Below, in pieces: positions 11,501 to 29,859 of a stretch of DNA of 64,000 nt; position 1 is the stretch's first letter, and each line of letters starts with the position of its first letter. The stretch is from Asterias rubens (Eukaryota): the NCBI RefSeq assembly GCF_902459465.1, contig NC_047071.1:2046001-2110000 (forward strand). The letters are read 5' to 3'. The notes beneath the pieces are model-generated. The model was not told the DNA's origin, did no database searches, and saw only the letters and a program-made list of their open reading frames with translations. A program made the translations under genes and the position numbers.

Positions 11501-14500
11501 AATGAACGGCTCCTCATCTGTCTGATAGATGGGGGTAATTATGCACATCCCTTCGTCGGCGTTCTCGCCAATGATTGTTACAGCGTCGTTGATGGCGCCA
11601 TTTTCGCAGAGTTCGGAGGGGATGCCGGGAAGGAAATTGCCGTCAATTACCGGAGTGAATGAGAGCGGTCTTTCTCCATCAATGAGTGACTGGTGGAGTG
11701 GAAAGAAGTTACTTTTTTAGTCAAAGTTTCTACTTTAAAAACAACGACCATCATTATTGGTGATGCTGATTAGGAATGTAACGGCCATAAAGACATCATC
11801 ACAACATTTGTGTTTGAATTAAGCGCCTTCGGTTACAGTCTGATTCCCTGTCTTTATTCATAAGACTATAGACAGGCGCCAGTCTTACACAAATAATGAT
11901 TTCCTTGGAAAGACATCATGCCATGACACATAACTATTAGACTGACTAAGATGTACAAAGTCTGTGAAATATTTCCCTCTGAAATGAAGTCATATTCGAG
12001 GAAAGGGTATAGTAAAAAAAACCTTGACCTTTCATTTACATTCTTGCAACCAAATTTAATTGTGTTTACATGCTGTAATTGTGCACGTCTTTGTTTTATC
12101 ACTGTTATCTCCCGAGTCACACAATGAATTAAGCCACAACTTTCACAAATTTGCTATTTCATTTCTCTGATTGATCACATACAACATGAGCAATTGATGA
12201 TACCCAAGCCTACTTCCGTGTGGACTGTAAAAGGGGTAACCCTGTGTCAGCCCGAGGAGTAGGTGGCAACGGCCTCTGGAATAAAATAGTTGTAGCCCAC
12301 ACCTTGAAGTGGCTTTCAGGCCTTGTGTGTCTGGTGACTGGAATAAAAAATAAATAAAAAAACTGTTTGCGACTATCTTGTCAGCTTTGCCAACACTACT
12401 AACACATTTGAATAATATTTCATGACAGACAACAGTTTCAAATTGGAAAAAAAATCTCAATGATGCACATATTTTTTTCTTGATAAAAAAAACACACACA
12501 AACCTCATTGCTCTGATTTTTGATAATGGTGTCAACGTCCAAGTTATTCTGTAAACATTCAAGTAGTTCCTCCGACGTGTCGTGTTCGCAGCCGACTAAA
12601 CCGCCGAAGATGAAGGCCCTCTTTCGGGCCAGTTCTTCGGGTGTTGTCGCCCAGGTAGGGGAAGCGTCACCACTCTGCGTGTACATTTAAATAATGTAAA
12701 CAATAGGAATATTCCACGACTCTGTATTTGATGGGTTTATGAATGTGGCAATCGAAATTAAGGCCAATAGAAATCAAGGCAAATTGAAATCAAGGCAAAT
12801 TGGAATCAAGGCAAATCGAAACCCGACAGGCAAATCTAAATCAAGGCAAATAGAAATCAAAATAAATCGAAATCAAGGCAAATTGAAATCATGGCAAATC
12901 GAAATCAAGGTAAATTGATATCAAGGCAAATCGAAATCAACACTTTTAAAACAGTGTTACGATTTCCAACATCTAGAACATGTTTAAAGAGCCAGTATTC
13001 CAAAGTGAACTGTAGTGTAAACTTCAACTGTTCCATGAAATTGAAGATTTCGCTGAAACTGTTTTCTTCTTCTTCTAAATTTCCGGTGATGTGTTTGAAT
13101 GCTACGAACCATGCAAGCAGGTGTCAAAATGATAAACATGTTTATCATTTTAAACACGATAAAGACGTTTAAACTCTGAATACAGTTCTAACAGTGAAGG
13201 CAAATCGAATATCGAATTCGACGAAGTATCACTTATTAAATTAAATTACTTGCATGATGACGCCGCCGAAGAGCCCAGCACTACCCGGTGATACCGTTTG
13301 CAGACCGGCACTCGCTGCTCCAGCACTCTGACCAAAGATAGCTACTCGTGAAGGATCTCCGCCGAATGCTGGGTTGAAGAAAAAAAACACCCAGATAATC
13401 ATTGCACGTTCAAACACTCTAGACATCCCGGGTCAGATTTGAACCGGGTTCCGCGTCCAAGAGCGGCCTGAACCATTTCAGTGTCAGGCTGCCCGAAAAA
13501 TGATTGAAAATGGGGCTATACTCAAATTATGCACAGGTTTAACCCTTTTTGTGTAATTTTAAGCCAGATTCGTTGTCTAAACCCAGATACAAGTCAGGGT
13601 CCCACTAGACCAAGATCTGGGTTAACTCTGACCCGGAAGTGTTAAGAGGTACACGCTGTGAGACATAGGCCCTTTTCGAATCCACGCTTCGGCTCAGTGG
13701 ATTCGTCTTCAGGCTCTGTTCTCTCGTCTGAAGACCTGACGGCGGGCCAAGCTAGCCTAAGCCAAATCTGGAGCCGAAGCCGTGGATTCGAAAACGGCCA
13801 TTGGCCGTGTCCGAAACGTCGCCTTCGGCTACATCTAACGGCTAGATCGCGCGCGTCTGCGTCTGTCTATTCTTCAACACTTATACAGACGCGCTGATCT
13901 AGCCGTAGCTGTAGCCGAAGTCGCCGTTTCAGACACGGCCATATCTTCCAACCAAATTAAAACCCCAAAGATTCGGAGGAGTCATAACGTTTAAAGCTGA
14001 TAATTAATCTAATGACTTTGTGTACCTCGGATGTTGTCTCGCACCCACTCCAAAGCGAGACGTTGATCCAACAGTCCCATGTTACCTGCAATGACGTCAT
14101 CACCTGCATGTGTAGTTGTAAACAATATTACAAATTAATTATCATTTAGGGTGTTATTGCAAAAGTCAATGCCTTCAAGGCCTCTCTCTTTGAAAAACAA
14201 ATGATGAACACTATAGGAGTGCACAGTTTAGGTTTATACAGACCAATGTACCAGAACCTAATTTCGTATTGTGTCCATAGACTCACCGTTGTACAAACAT
14301 ACAAGTCTTAGGTTTGAGTAAATTTGTCTGTATAAAATACCAAAATCAAACAGTGCACTCCTATAGTGTCCAACATTATTTCAAATTTAACCGAACCTAA
14401 GAGTGTCCTGGCCTATAGCATTATGTCCGTCCACCATCTTTCAAAATGGCCGACTTACCGGTGGACAAAAATCCAAGTGCTCCTAGTCTGTAATTGACCG

Positions 14501-15752
14501 AGACGGTGATGACGTCACCGATGGCAGCGATGGGGGTTGGAAGGAGGCCCTCAATGGCACCAGCCCCCAAGAAGAATCCACCACCGTGGAAGTAGACCAG
14601 AACGGCTGCATTCGGAGGCTAGAGGGAAACAAACATGTGAACAAAAAGTAGTCGATAACAATAAATATATAGCGACGAAATCAGTCCAATAAAGACGCTC
14701 AAGGCGCATTACAGATTTAAAGATGTAAAAACAATAAATAGTTATGGGATTTGAGGCATTGCATGGTGAGGTATAAATATATAATGGGAGACTTTGAGGC
14801 GCTAGGTGGCAGCAGACTTACCGGGTAAATTTCCATTGTTTACGTAGTTCTGAGCATGCACATTACCAAGAACAATGGATTTTACCCACTTTACCTAGTA
14901 AGTCTGCTGCCACCAAGCGTCCTGAAAGTCTCCCATTGTATGTAGTTTGTGCAAACATCATGTGTGTACCTACTTCCCAGGTAGAGATTGTTCTTTAGAA
15001 AATTGTGTTGCTATATTTTACTTCGAGGAGTAGATATTTGGATTTCGGGAGAACAGTTCTGAAAAGAACTGTCCTGCTTTTATAACTTAAAACTTAAGGG
15101 GCGGAAGATAGAAAATCGACTGGCACTATTATTTTAGCTTATAAGATTGTCGTGAGTGAGTTCTTAATTGGTCCCAACGTTTTGACTTTCGACAAGCTTG
15201 CTCTATAGTCATCGTCAGGAGACTATTTATAAATTGTTAACTCCACAATTTTCCATTCAATACAACTTGATTATTTATCAATATAAACCACAAGGGAAAC
15301 TGACTGGGTAAATTTGTAAATGATTTTGGGGGTTGAACAAAGAATTGACTTGATTATCATATTATTGTTATCCCCTCACGTTCACTTACACCTGGTTTAG
15401 GAGCGAATACATCAAGGCAAAGGCAATCCTCACCGAAGCTCCCTGTTAACGTGAATCTACCAAGAGGGAATTTTGGTTGTGGACATCGGTTTCCAATCTT
15501 CGTAGCTTGAAGCTCGCCACTCCATGACTTTGCTACAGGGGCTTTGAAGCGTAGCGGACCGACGGGTGGCTCGGCGTACAGTATACCGAGGTAGGCGTCT
15601 ACATCCCGGGCCAGCTCGGGGTGGACTACGGGACGGAATTGCAGAGTGGTGCCGGTGATCCGGCCCTGGCTGGTCGTCACCACGGGAGGGTCAGCTGAAG
15701 CCCGGGACGCACGAAGAGCGAGGCATAAAACACACGTCAACCACAGATTCAT
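8589..15752 (-). CDS. Carboxylesterase type B / cholinesterase-like protein B, about 592 aa, 9 coding exons (one extra intron)
   Basis: Exons 15752-15390, 14618-14459, 14103-14026, 13368-13250, 12674-12504, 11689-11282, 10555-10356, 9576-9389, 8680-8589. 1779 nt and open if 11281-10556 is spliced out. HGGG, GQSAG, GENADEG and THSEDL present. Atypical GILYA and MFVRY (CP in paralogs). Confidence 0.85.
10557..10690 (-). mobile_element. L2/CR1-type LINE 3' end with (TTGAA)n tail
   Basis: Minus strand reads AAAGCGCACAGAGACTTTTGATAATGCGCTAAATGTTTCA(TTGAA)7. A GCGC stem-loop followed by a short-repeat tail resembles L2-clade 3' termini. Family assignment is from pattern recall. Confidence 0.6.
11020..11172 (+). 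mobile_element. L2-like LINE 3' fragment
   Basis: Encodes FKHLLKTYLFK (typical L2 ORF2 C-terminus), followed by AAGCGC...AGCGCTATATAAGT and a TATTAT tail. Confidence 0.6.
12762..12941. repeat. 16-bp minisatellite (GAAATCAAGGCAAATT), about 11 imperfect copies
   Basis: Visible periodicity in esterase B intron 4. Confidence 0.8.
13668..13940. mobile_element. Two adjacent GGCC-ended foldback MITEs (13668-13799, 13803-13940), possibly PIF/Harbinger
   Basis: Each has long inverted arms (GGCCCTTTTCGAATCCACGCTTCGGCTC; GGCCGTGTCCGAAACGTCGCCTTCGGCTAC). Confidence 0.7.
14783..14937. mobile_element. Foldback MITE with GCGCTAGGTGGCAG in its TIR
   Basis: AATGGGAGACTTT...AAAGTCTCCCATT. Partial copy at about 9612-9730. 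Confidence 0.68.
15171..15223 (-). ncRNA. Degenerate PLE-type hammerhead (second family)
   Basis: Minus strand: GTCTC-CTGACGA-T-GACT...AGTC-AAAA-CG-TT-GGGAC. Core CUGACGA and 5-bp stem I intact, GAAA changed to AAAA. Confidence 0.5.
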
Positions 15753-16044
15753 TTTAAATCAAGAATGAATCAACTTTATACCAGATCTTGTTGATCGTTG
15801 TGAACACAATACCCTGTCAAGAGGACAAATTGTTAATTCAAATAATAAAAAATAAAAAAAAATTAAACAATACCGATCTTTGATGCAAAATTGCTATATC
15901 GAGCTGATTGAAGCACATTTTTAAATAGGGACTAAAGGTAAAGGAATGTTTGATGTAACATGCAACAAATTGTATTTCTGCAAATAATCACAGTTATTAT
16001 GAAAAAAACTGTTAATTTTAAAACATGATACTGTACCGATGTGT

Positions 16045-16544
16045 GCCGGTGTCAGATGCAATTGTGTCCGCCATGCAATACTGTCCGCTCCGGACACCTT
16101 TGCATATTAATATGCAATCGTGTCCGGGGCTATGCAAAAACCGTCCGGCGGACATGTACATGACTGTACATGTATGCGCGTGCGTAAGCAGCGTGCATGC
16201 ACTGAACCTACGTATATAAATGCAACATGCGTATTCACGTATTTTATGAATGCAGCGACCAACGGCCGAACATTTCCCATGTCATTCATGACATGCATTA
16301 AGCTTGCAAAAAATGGCGAACGTGGTCCGTCGACCAAGGGCGTTTAATTTACTGCAAGGACGGTTTTGCACGGGGGCGGACACAACTGCATATGCAAAAT
16401 GTGTCCGGGCGGACCCAACTGTATTATGCAGCAGCGTCCGGGCGGACACGATTGCATATGCAAAAACCGTTCGGCGGACATTATTGCATATACAATAATG
16501 TCCTCCGGATAGTATTGCATGACATAATTGCATGCGACACCGGT
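16045..16544. mobile_element. About 500-bp TIR element with subterminal TGCATATGCA arrays
   Basis: CCGGTGTC...GACACCGG ends with long imperfect TIRs. Second copy at 59202-59682 in opposite orientation. Confidence 0.8.
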
Positions 16545-16783
16545 ACATTATTGCTGTTGAATGAATGAGAATGGGTCAGTGGTAACTGGCTGCGAGTTTG
16601 TTACGGTGAGTAGGTATACACGAGCAAAACCGGGAACCATAACAAAAGAGGACAATATAGGGTCCATAGTTGGGGAAAGGTTCACAGTTGGAAAACGTGT
16701 ACAAAACCAATGGGAGCTGTTGCAAAAGAAGTTGGTGTACGTATACTTATAAAGAGGGACAACAGGAGGTCCACGGTTGCCTA

Positions 16784-16937
16784 TGGGTGCGTTCGTTTAG
16801 CTTCCCTGGGTCGACCCCGGTGTGTGGCGTGGTTTTTTTTCCAGGACAAACGTGGGTAATTATATGCACACGTCCGTCCTGGGGAAAAAACCGCCACACA
16901 CCGGGGTCGACCCAGGGAAGCTAAACGAACGCACCCA
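16784..16937. mobile_element. 154-bp foldback MITE
   Basis: Arms TGGGTGCGTTCGTTTAGCTTCCCTGGGTCGACCCCGGTGTGTGGCG are perfectly inverted over about 46 bp. Confidence 0.8.
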
Positions 16938-18311
16938 CTGTATACACACTTGTGTGAGTTAGATTGGGACGAGATGTCCATAGTCGTTCTTTGTTGTGTG
17001 CCACAACAATTACTTCCAAACATGAATTAAGTAGTGTAGTCAATTCCATGCTTTAGTCGATGCACCGTACAATACCTTGTTCACATTCAACGTATAAAGA
17101 GAATCCGTCCCATCAAAGAGGTTGAAAATAATTGTACTTTGGTTAGTAAAAAAAAATAGTAGTTCTGAATCCTCCACAGAACAGCCATCATCCTATTTCA
17201 CCATTCACTGGCTGAAAAGGGGAACTCAGCACGCACGGGGAATGAGTAAACATAACCTTCGAACTGCATTGTTGTTGTGTACTCGTCGGCAATGTTTAGG
17301 TTTAATCAGACGATGTGGAAACACACTGAACTTTTTCCTGTGTTTCGATAGGGCTGTGCCTTGTAAACGGGCACCCGTCTACTCCCAGTCATGACCAACG
17401 ATGCCCGTATACGGATTACCAATGGTCACTGCTGTTCCTACACTATTATGCTTATCACACAAACACACACTAACAAGACAATCAAGCAAAGTGCAAAATG
17501 ATGTTCTTTTTTAAAATCTCTATCAAATCAACAAGGTTGAAAATTTAACCGCCCTAAGACACAATTTTGGACTAACATTCAAACAAAGCCATGACCTCCA
17601 AGACTGTGTTTCTACGGGGGCTTTGGCGCATGATTTTGTTTTACACAAGTCAGTGCGGTTCACACAAAAGGGTCGAGTACCCAGACCGAACTCAGCGCAT
17701 AGAAATGCTAATACGGCAGGACATCCAAGTACAATTATGCAGGCAACCAAATGCCCTTGACCCGCTGCGTTATTTGTTGTTGACAAAAAGACTTGCTGTT
17801 GTGTTTAATTTGGGGGAATTGCCATAATTCGCGGCTAGCTTCAGCTTCTGGTTGAATCGAGTCCTTTTGACAGCCAAGCAACCCGACTCTGTTCGCAGTA
17901 AAACACGGCTCGGACAACCTCACCTTGGTGAGTATGGTCGTGTAGCTGCGAATGACGTATATGGCTTAACTGTAAATTTTGCTGTTGTGTTGGTTGGACA
18001 TTTTGATGGTAATACAATTGTATTGGTGGTAAGGTTACCTGTCGCCACAAAGTGTTGATAAGTGGCATTTTGTTTTGGGTTGATTTACAGCACACTGTGA
18101 GATGCAATTAATTATCGGCTATGGTCAATGTTTGAAATGTGGTGTTGTAAAATATCCAAGTAGGGGCTCCAAGTCTGTCTAGACTATGTATATCAGAGGA
18201 CAGAAATATTATGTGAATTTTAATTCATATTTTAACAGGTTTTGATAGTTGATCTAAGCTGTTTATAAGAAAGATTATACTTTGCGAGCTCGAGATTCAT
18301 TGCCCATATGA

Positions 18312-24767
<6,456 letters not shown>

Positions 24768-24856
24768 AATAAAGTTCGAGTTTGAGATAAAAAAAAAATA
24801 ATAATAGTGGCATCTTATAGGCTATAGCGCTCATATCCGTCACTTAGTGATGCTAA

Positions 24857-24974
24857 GGGCCCAATTTCATAGCGCTGCTTAGCGGCCGAAATACGCCAAG
24901 GCTTAAGCAATTTGTTTTGCTACAGTACGCACGCAAATTAGCTTACCGTTAAGCAGCGCTATGAAATTGGGCCC
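24857..24974. mobile_element. GGGCCCAATTTCAT-ended MITE family
   Basis: TIR GGGCCCAATTTCATAGCGCTGCTTA. Related copies at about 9003-9191, 18745-18922, 50239-50429 and 62974-63250. Confidence 0.72.
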
Positions 24975-26184
24975 AGGGCGCTTCAACATTAAGCGAGGTC
25001 AAATGTGATTATGAATGGGGATTTACGTATAGGCTCAAGGCAGATCTCTGGCGTATTAACGAGATTTGTAGTGTAACGTCATTATGTCCAGGCTTAGCTG
25101 GGAGAGAGCATTTTTTCTCGCCGCACGGTGGCGCACTTTTGCTGAAATGTCATATGAGCCTACACAGAAAAATGTTTCAGAAAATCTTCCCGTCAGACAC
25201 CATTAAATATAGTTTAGATAATACTTAACATAAACTTGTGTTGCTTTTGTACTATCGAGGGGAGGGAGGTAGGGATGGGTGGGGTGGGGGTTGCGAAGAA
25301 GGGAATGTCCCGGGCGTTTTGTCCTTAAGTTTGGTTTCATTTCGTGGTATTTTATTTCGTCGAGTGTCTGTACATAATTTTGTTTACTTTTAATGGCGAT
25401 TTGTCGTTGAAAGTTCACTCACGGTCTATATATCTGGAAATGCTCTGTACATGTTTATTGAAATTAAAATTAATGATCAGTTGGACAGAAAGTTAGCTTC
25501 AGTTGTTAGTTTTATTTTGCAGCTTACCCTATCAACATTTTTATGCACACCCTTTAAGAGGATTTTTTTAAATATTAACTGAAGACTTAATAATAATAGA
25601 TTTTTAATTACTTAAAACTTGAAAAATAATATTGTTTATATCAACAAACTACAGGATGATTGGGGGGGGGGGGGCGGGGTGGCAAGCAAACAATATTATG
25701 CGATTAGCGCCCGTATTTGTCAACCGATGATAAAAACCAAGCTTTCGCAAGGCTAGTTTGAAAATGTGGGCGGGGAGGCATAATCATGTTCTAGTTAAAT
25801 CAATAACTCTCCCCCAAAGCTAACCATCGCTTATGGTAATCACCATGGCAATAAGAAACATTCCCATGTGCACAATATTAGTACTTTTGTTGACTAAAAT
25901 TAGCTACTTATGATTCAGTGTAACGCAACGAAATTATAGCAAAAGTCGCCATTATTTTTGTTTAGGTGATGGCAGTCTAGTATTGTCGGATGAAATATCG
26001 AAATTATACCTTTCAGATCTCCAGTTATTAGAGATCGAAACTTGATTGACTTTTTAACACAGAGAGCAGAAATCTTCTCAAGGCTACATCAAAATTGGGG
26101 GCGTGGACACGTAGGATCGTGTAATGGAAAAGTCAATATTACTCCCCCTTGCTAACCATCGCTTACGGTAATAAATAATCTTAA

Positions 26185-26563
26185 AGGCAGTGGACACGAT
26201 TGGTAATTGTCAAAGAGTAGCCTTCACAGTTGGTGTATCTCAACATATGCATAAAATAACTAACCTGTGAAAATTTGAGCTCAATCGGTCATCAAAATTG
26301 CGAGATAATAATGAAAGAAGAAAACACCCTTGTCACACGAAGTTGTGTGCGTTTAGATGGTTGATTTCGAGACATCAAATTCTAAACTTGAGGTTTCGAA
26401 ATCAAATTCGTGGAAAACTACTTCTTTCTCGAAAACTATGGCACTTCAGAGGGAGCTGTTTCTCACAATGTTTTATACCAACAACCTCTCCCCATTACTC
26501 GTCACCAAGAAAGGTTTTATGCTACTAATTCTTTTGAGTAATTACCAATAGTGTCCACTGCCT
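26185..26563. mobile_element. Kolobok-like MITE copy
   Basis: TTAA|AGGCAGTGGACAC...GTGTCCACTGCCT|TTAA. Confidence 0.82.
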
Positions 26564-26803
26564 TTAATAACAATAACAATATTCCCATGGCGCGTGTGTT
26601 ATAGTATTTTTGTCGATTAAAATTAGCTTCTTATGATTCAGTGCAACACTACGACAGCAGATCAAATCGCCATAATTGTTGAGGTATTGGTTGCTTGTAG
26701 GCGCATGATATCAAACCAAAGTTTTGAAATCTTCTATTGATGTAGAGAATCATAACTTGAGGTTCTCGATTTGCAACACAGAGAGCTCGGTTATATTCTG
26801 ATC

Positions 26804-27947
26804 ATGGCCTCGGTATTGGGTTTAGTGATCGTGGTTTGTTTCCTTCAAGCGAAGGGAGATGCGTGTGGAGTTTTGACCATTAATGATGGTAAGGATGACG
26901 GAGCTTCGCTTCTCAAGAAAACCATCTCTGTGTTCAAACAAAAATGCCGGGCAGGTAAGGAACTTCATTTTATTGTCTAACCAAACATATCAATAACTTA
27001 AACCAACAAAACCTTATTTGGGTAAACATTTTGTTCCAAGGAGTGCAAACAAAACATTTCAATAAACGCAGGTAAGGAGCTTCTTTTATTGTTATTTTTG
27101 CAGTCATTGCTATAGTAAAGAGAAAGGGGCGACTAAACATCTTTACACAAATAAATAAACTAATTAACACAAACATATCACATTTGTGTCGGTTTTTATA
27201 AAACTATAGCTTTGTTTATCATGGAGCGCAAACAGAATATGTTTACAAAAATGCATATAGGTTGTCGAACCTTTTTTTAAAGACACACGTTTGGTAATTG
27301 TCATAGACCAGTCTTCTCACTGGTGTATTTCAACAAATACACAAAATAACAAACCTGTGAAAATGTGAACTCGATTGGTAAACAGACCCTTCATAAAAGT
27401 GGGTAGTACAAACAATATTACATTGGTATGAGTGACGGGCGTGTTGTTTTTAGCTCACCGGTGGCTTATTAAGAGCTAACAGCTTATTGGTGGAATGGTC
27501 AAGCAAAAAAAATCCCGTTATTTTAGAAAGAAAAACACAAAAATGAAACATATCCTCAGATTTTCCAAAATTACTGTTTTAATTTTCATTTTTATTAGTT
27601 CCTATTCGTGGGGGATACCTCTCCTATCATCTTACTATAATGCCGTCTTACTGTTATTTATTTGTTTCCCTCAGGGAACTGATCGTTGGGTGTCATAAAA
27701 ATTAGACATTTACTCTTGAAACAATTATCAACTTTTTACAGGGTGTTTGGACTCAGCAAACACCTACCGCGCTTTGCGTGAGACATGGGTGGAGGAGGAG
27801 AATTGCGATGAGTGCATTTGTACGACCGATGGTCCATCGTGCGCCGCTATTGAGTGCGTTATGATACCCGTACCAAACATGTGTGTTCCTTTGTACGACG
27901 AATACCATTGCTGTCTCATTGGCATCGGTCCCTGTGCGCAAAATTAG
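26804..27947 (+). CDS. Small secreted single von Willebrand factor type C (VWC) domain protein, about 96-118 aa
   Basis: Exon 1 26804-26954 (alternative phase-1 donor after 26888) encodes signal peptide MASVLGLVIVVCFLQAKG. Exon 2 27742-27947 has 10 Cys in VWC spacing (C..W....CDECIC.....C....C.......C.......CC.....C). Confidence 0.7.
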
Positions 27948-29490
27948 TAAGTTAATGTCACCAATCTATTTGCCTTGGTATCACTGCCAGTTCTTTAAAG
28001 GAATGGTCATGTAGCGACAGAATTTGGAATTGTTATGAATTCAAATTTAGCATTTACATTTGAAACTACCACATGGGAGCGTTTCACCAATGCAATCATG
28101 TGCGTTACGCACCGACTGTACCACTGATAAAAAAATTACCGGCGATTTGTTTATTTTTTTTAAATTTTTGTTTCTTCTTTCTTTTATCTTTGGTAGGGAA
28201 GGTGCACTCCTGAAGTGATGCCGACGTTTTACACAACCCACAACAAACTAGGTCAAATTCCACTGCACAGAATGGAGTAATGTGTACCTGGAAAGTTCGT
28301 TGTATATTTGGATATGTATTTAATTAGTTATTTGTTTCCTATTGTTTCGCATTTAGTTCCCATATCTTTAAAGATAAGATGGTGTTAACATTTTATTCAG
28401 AAAGCAATGTATTCTACCTTGAAATTGTTGCCCTCGGCTGTCATGTTATTCTGCTTTAGTCTGATTTCCGATGTTGTTGCCCTTGGGAAAAATCTTGCAT
28501 AAAAAGTCAAAACAATTAGTTTCTGAGGAAAAATCCGTTATTTAACCAAAATGAAACAATATGCAGTTACGCGAGAACAAGTCGGAGCCAGAAAGAGTTT
28601 GTGACGTAGGTTCGTCTCTTGAAAAAAAATTATTCTCAAGAATATACCTTTATTGTATTTAATTTTAATAGTATTATACATCAAACGTGGTGTGATCGAA
28701 TTGCAATAGATCTTGACCACGCTGTCGCCATCTTGGTCGTGTTCACTGTTTCCAAAATGAATGCTAACATTAATTGCACATGGCACCAGACTATTATTTC
28801 GTCCAGCCTCAGTTTGGTTACATTGAGTTGGAATGGAGTATAACCAAGATGACCACATCGTGACAAAGGTATACACGGAGAGCGCTCTGTTATCTTATAA
28901 TGATTTAACTGATTGTACTGTATAATTTCTTCATGTGATTATGTTTAACTATGTGTATTAGCAATTCAATAAAACCTTTCATTTCGAACTTCATTGTCAT
29001 TAATTTGCACTGTGAATTACTTGGTGCTTACATTAAAGGAACACGTTGCCTTGGATCGGTCAAGTTGGTCTTTGAAAAGCGTGTGTAACCGTTTGTTATA
29101 AAATGCAAATGGGTAGAAAGATGTTGTAAAAGTAGAATACAATGATCCACACAAACATGGCTCGAAATTGCACGGTTCCAACCATAATGGCAAAGCAAAG
29201 CGCTCATATTTGTTTTCTTCTTCTGTAAGGGGCCATTCGATCATAATAGTCAAAGTTAAAAAAAATTGATTTCTTTTCGAAATTGTGGATCGGTTGGTCG
29301 AAAGATTTTTTAATTTTATTTTTTACAACATGATAAAAATAAAATACCACGCTGGTCTAGATTGCCGTCTGGCGCAAAGCAGGTCTGTTCGCCGTCACTG
29401 ACCAATTAACTAAAATGGGCCATAAGGGTCATATCAAACTAAAAACTTTTGTACCAAGTTATATGTGCTTGCCAATTTCATTTCTGATTA

Positions 29491-29859
29491 TACACTATTG
29501 GTAATTACTCAAAAAATTATTAGCATAAAACTTACCTTGGTAATGAGTAATGGGGAGAGGTTGATGGTGTAAAACATTGTGAGAAACGGCTCCCTCTGAA
29601 GTGCCATATTTTTCGAGAAAGAAGTATTTTTCCACGAATTTGATTTCGAGACCTCAAGTTTAGAATTTGAGGTCTTGAAATCAACCATCTAAAAGCACAC
29701 AACTTCGTGTGACAAGGGTGTTTTTTCTTTCATTATTATCTCGCAACTTCGACGACCGATTGAGCTCATTTTTTCACAGGTTTGTCATTTTATGTATATG
29801 TTGAGATACACCAAGTGAGAAGACTGGTCTTTGACAATTACCAATAGTGTCCACTGTCT
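29491..29859. mobile_element. Kolobok-like MITE copy (left end eroded)
   Basis: Same family. Right TIR and TTAA at 29860-29863. Confidence 0.75.

Noticed and set aside
3455-13368. Juvenile hormone esterase assignment from GQSAG
   Set aside because: GQSAG is not exclusive to JHE and the host is not an arthropod. The motif alone is insufficient.
16025-16548. Cys/His-rich short ORFs (also 59152-59801)
   Set aside because: By-products of the TGCATATGCA-rich TIR element, not conserved in frame between the two copies.
17100-18110. Possible decayed coding sequence (several 60-90 aa ORFs) between esterases B and C
   Set aside because: No recognisable motif, stops in all frames, no consistent splice pattern. 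BLASTX would be needed.
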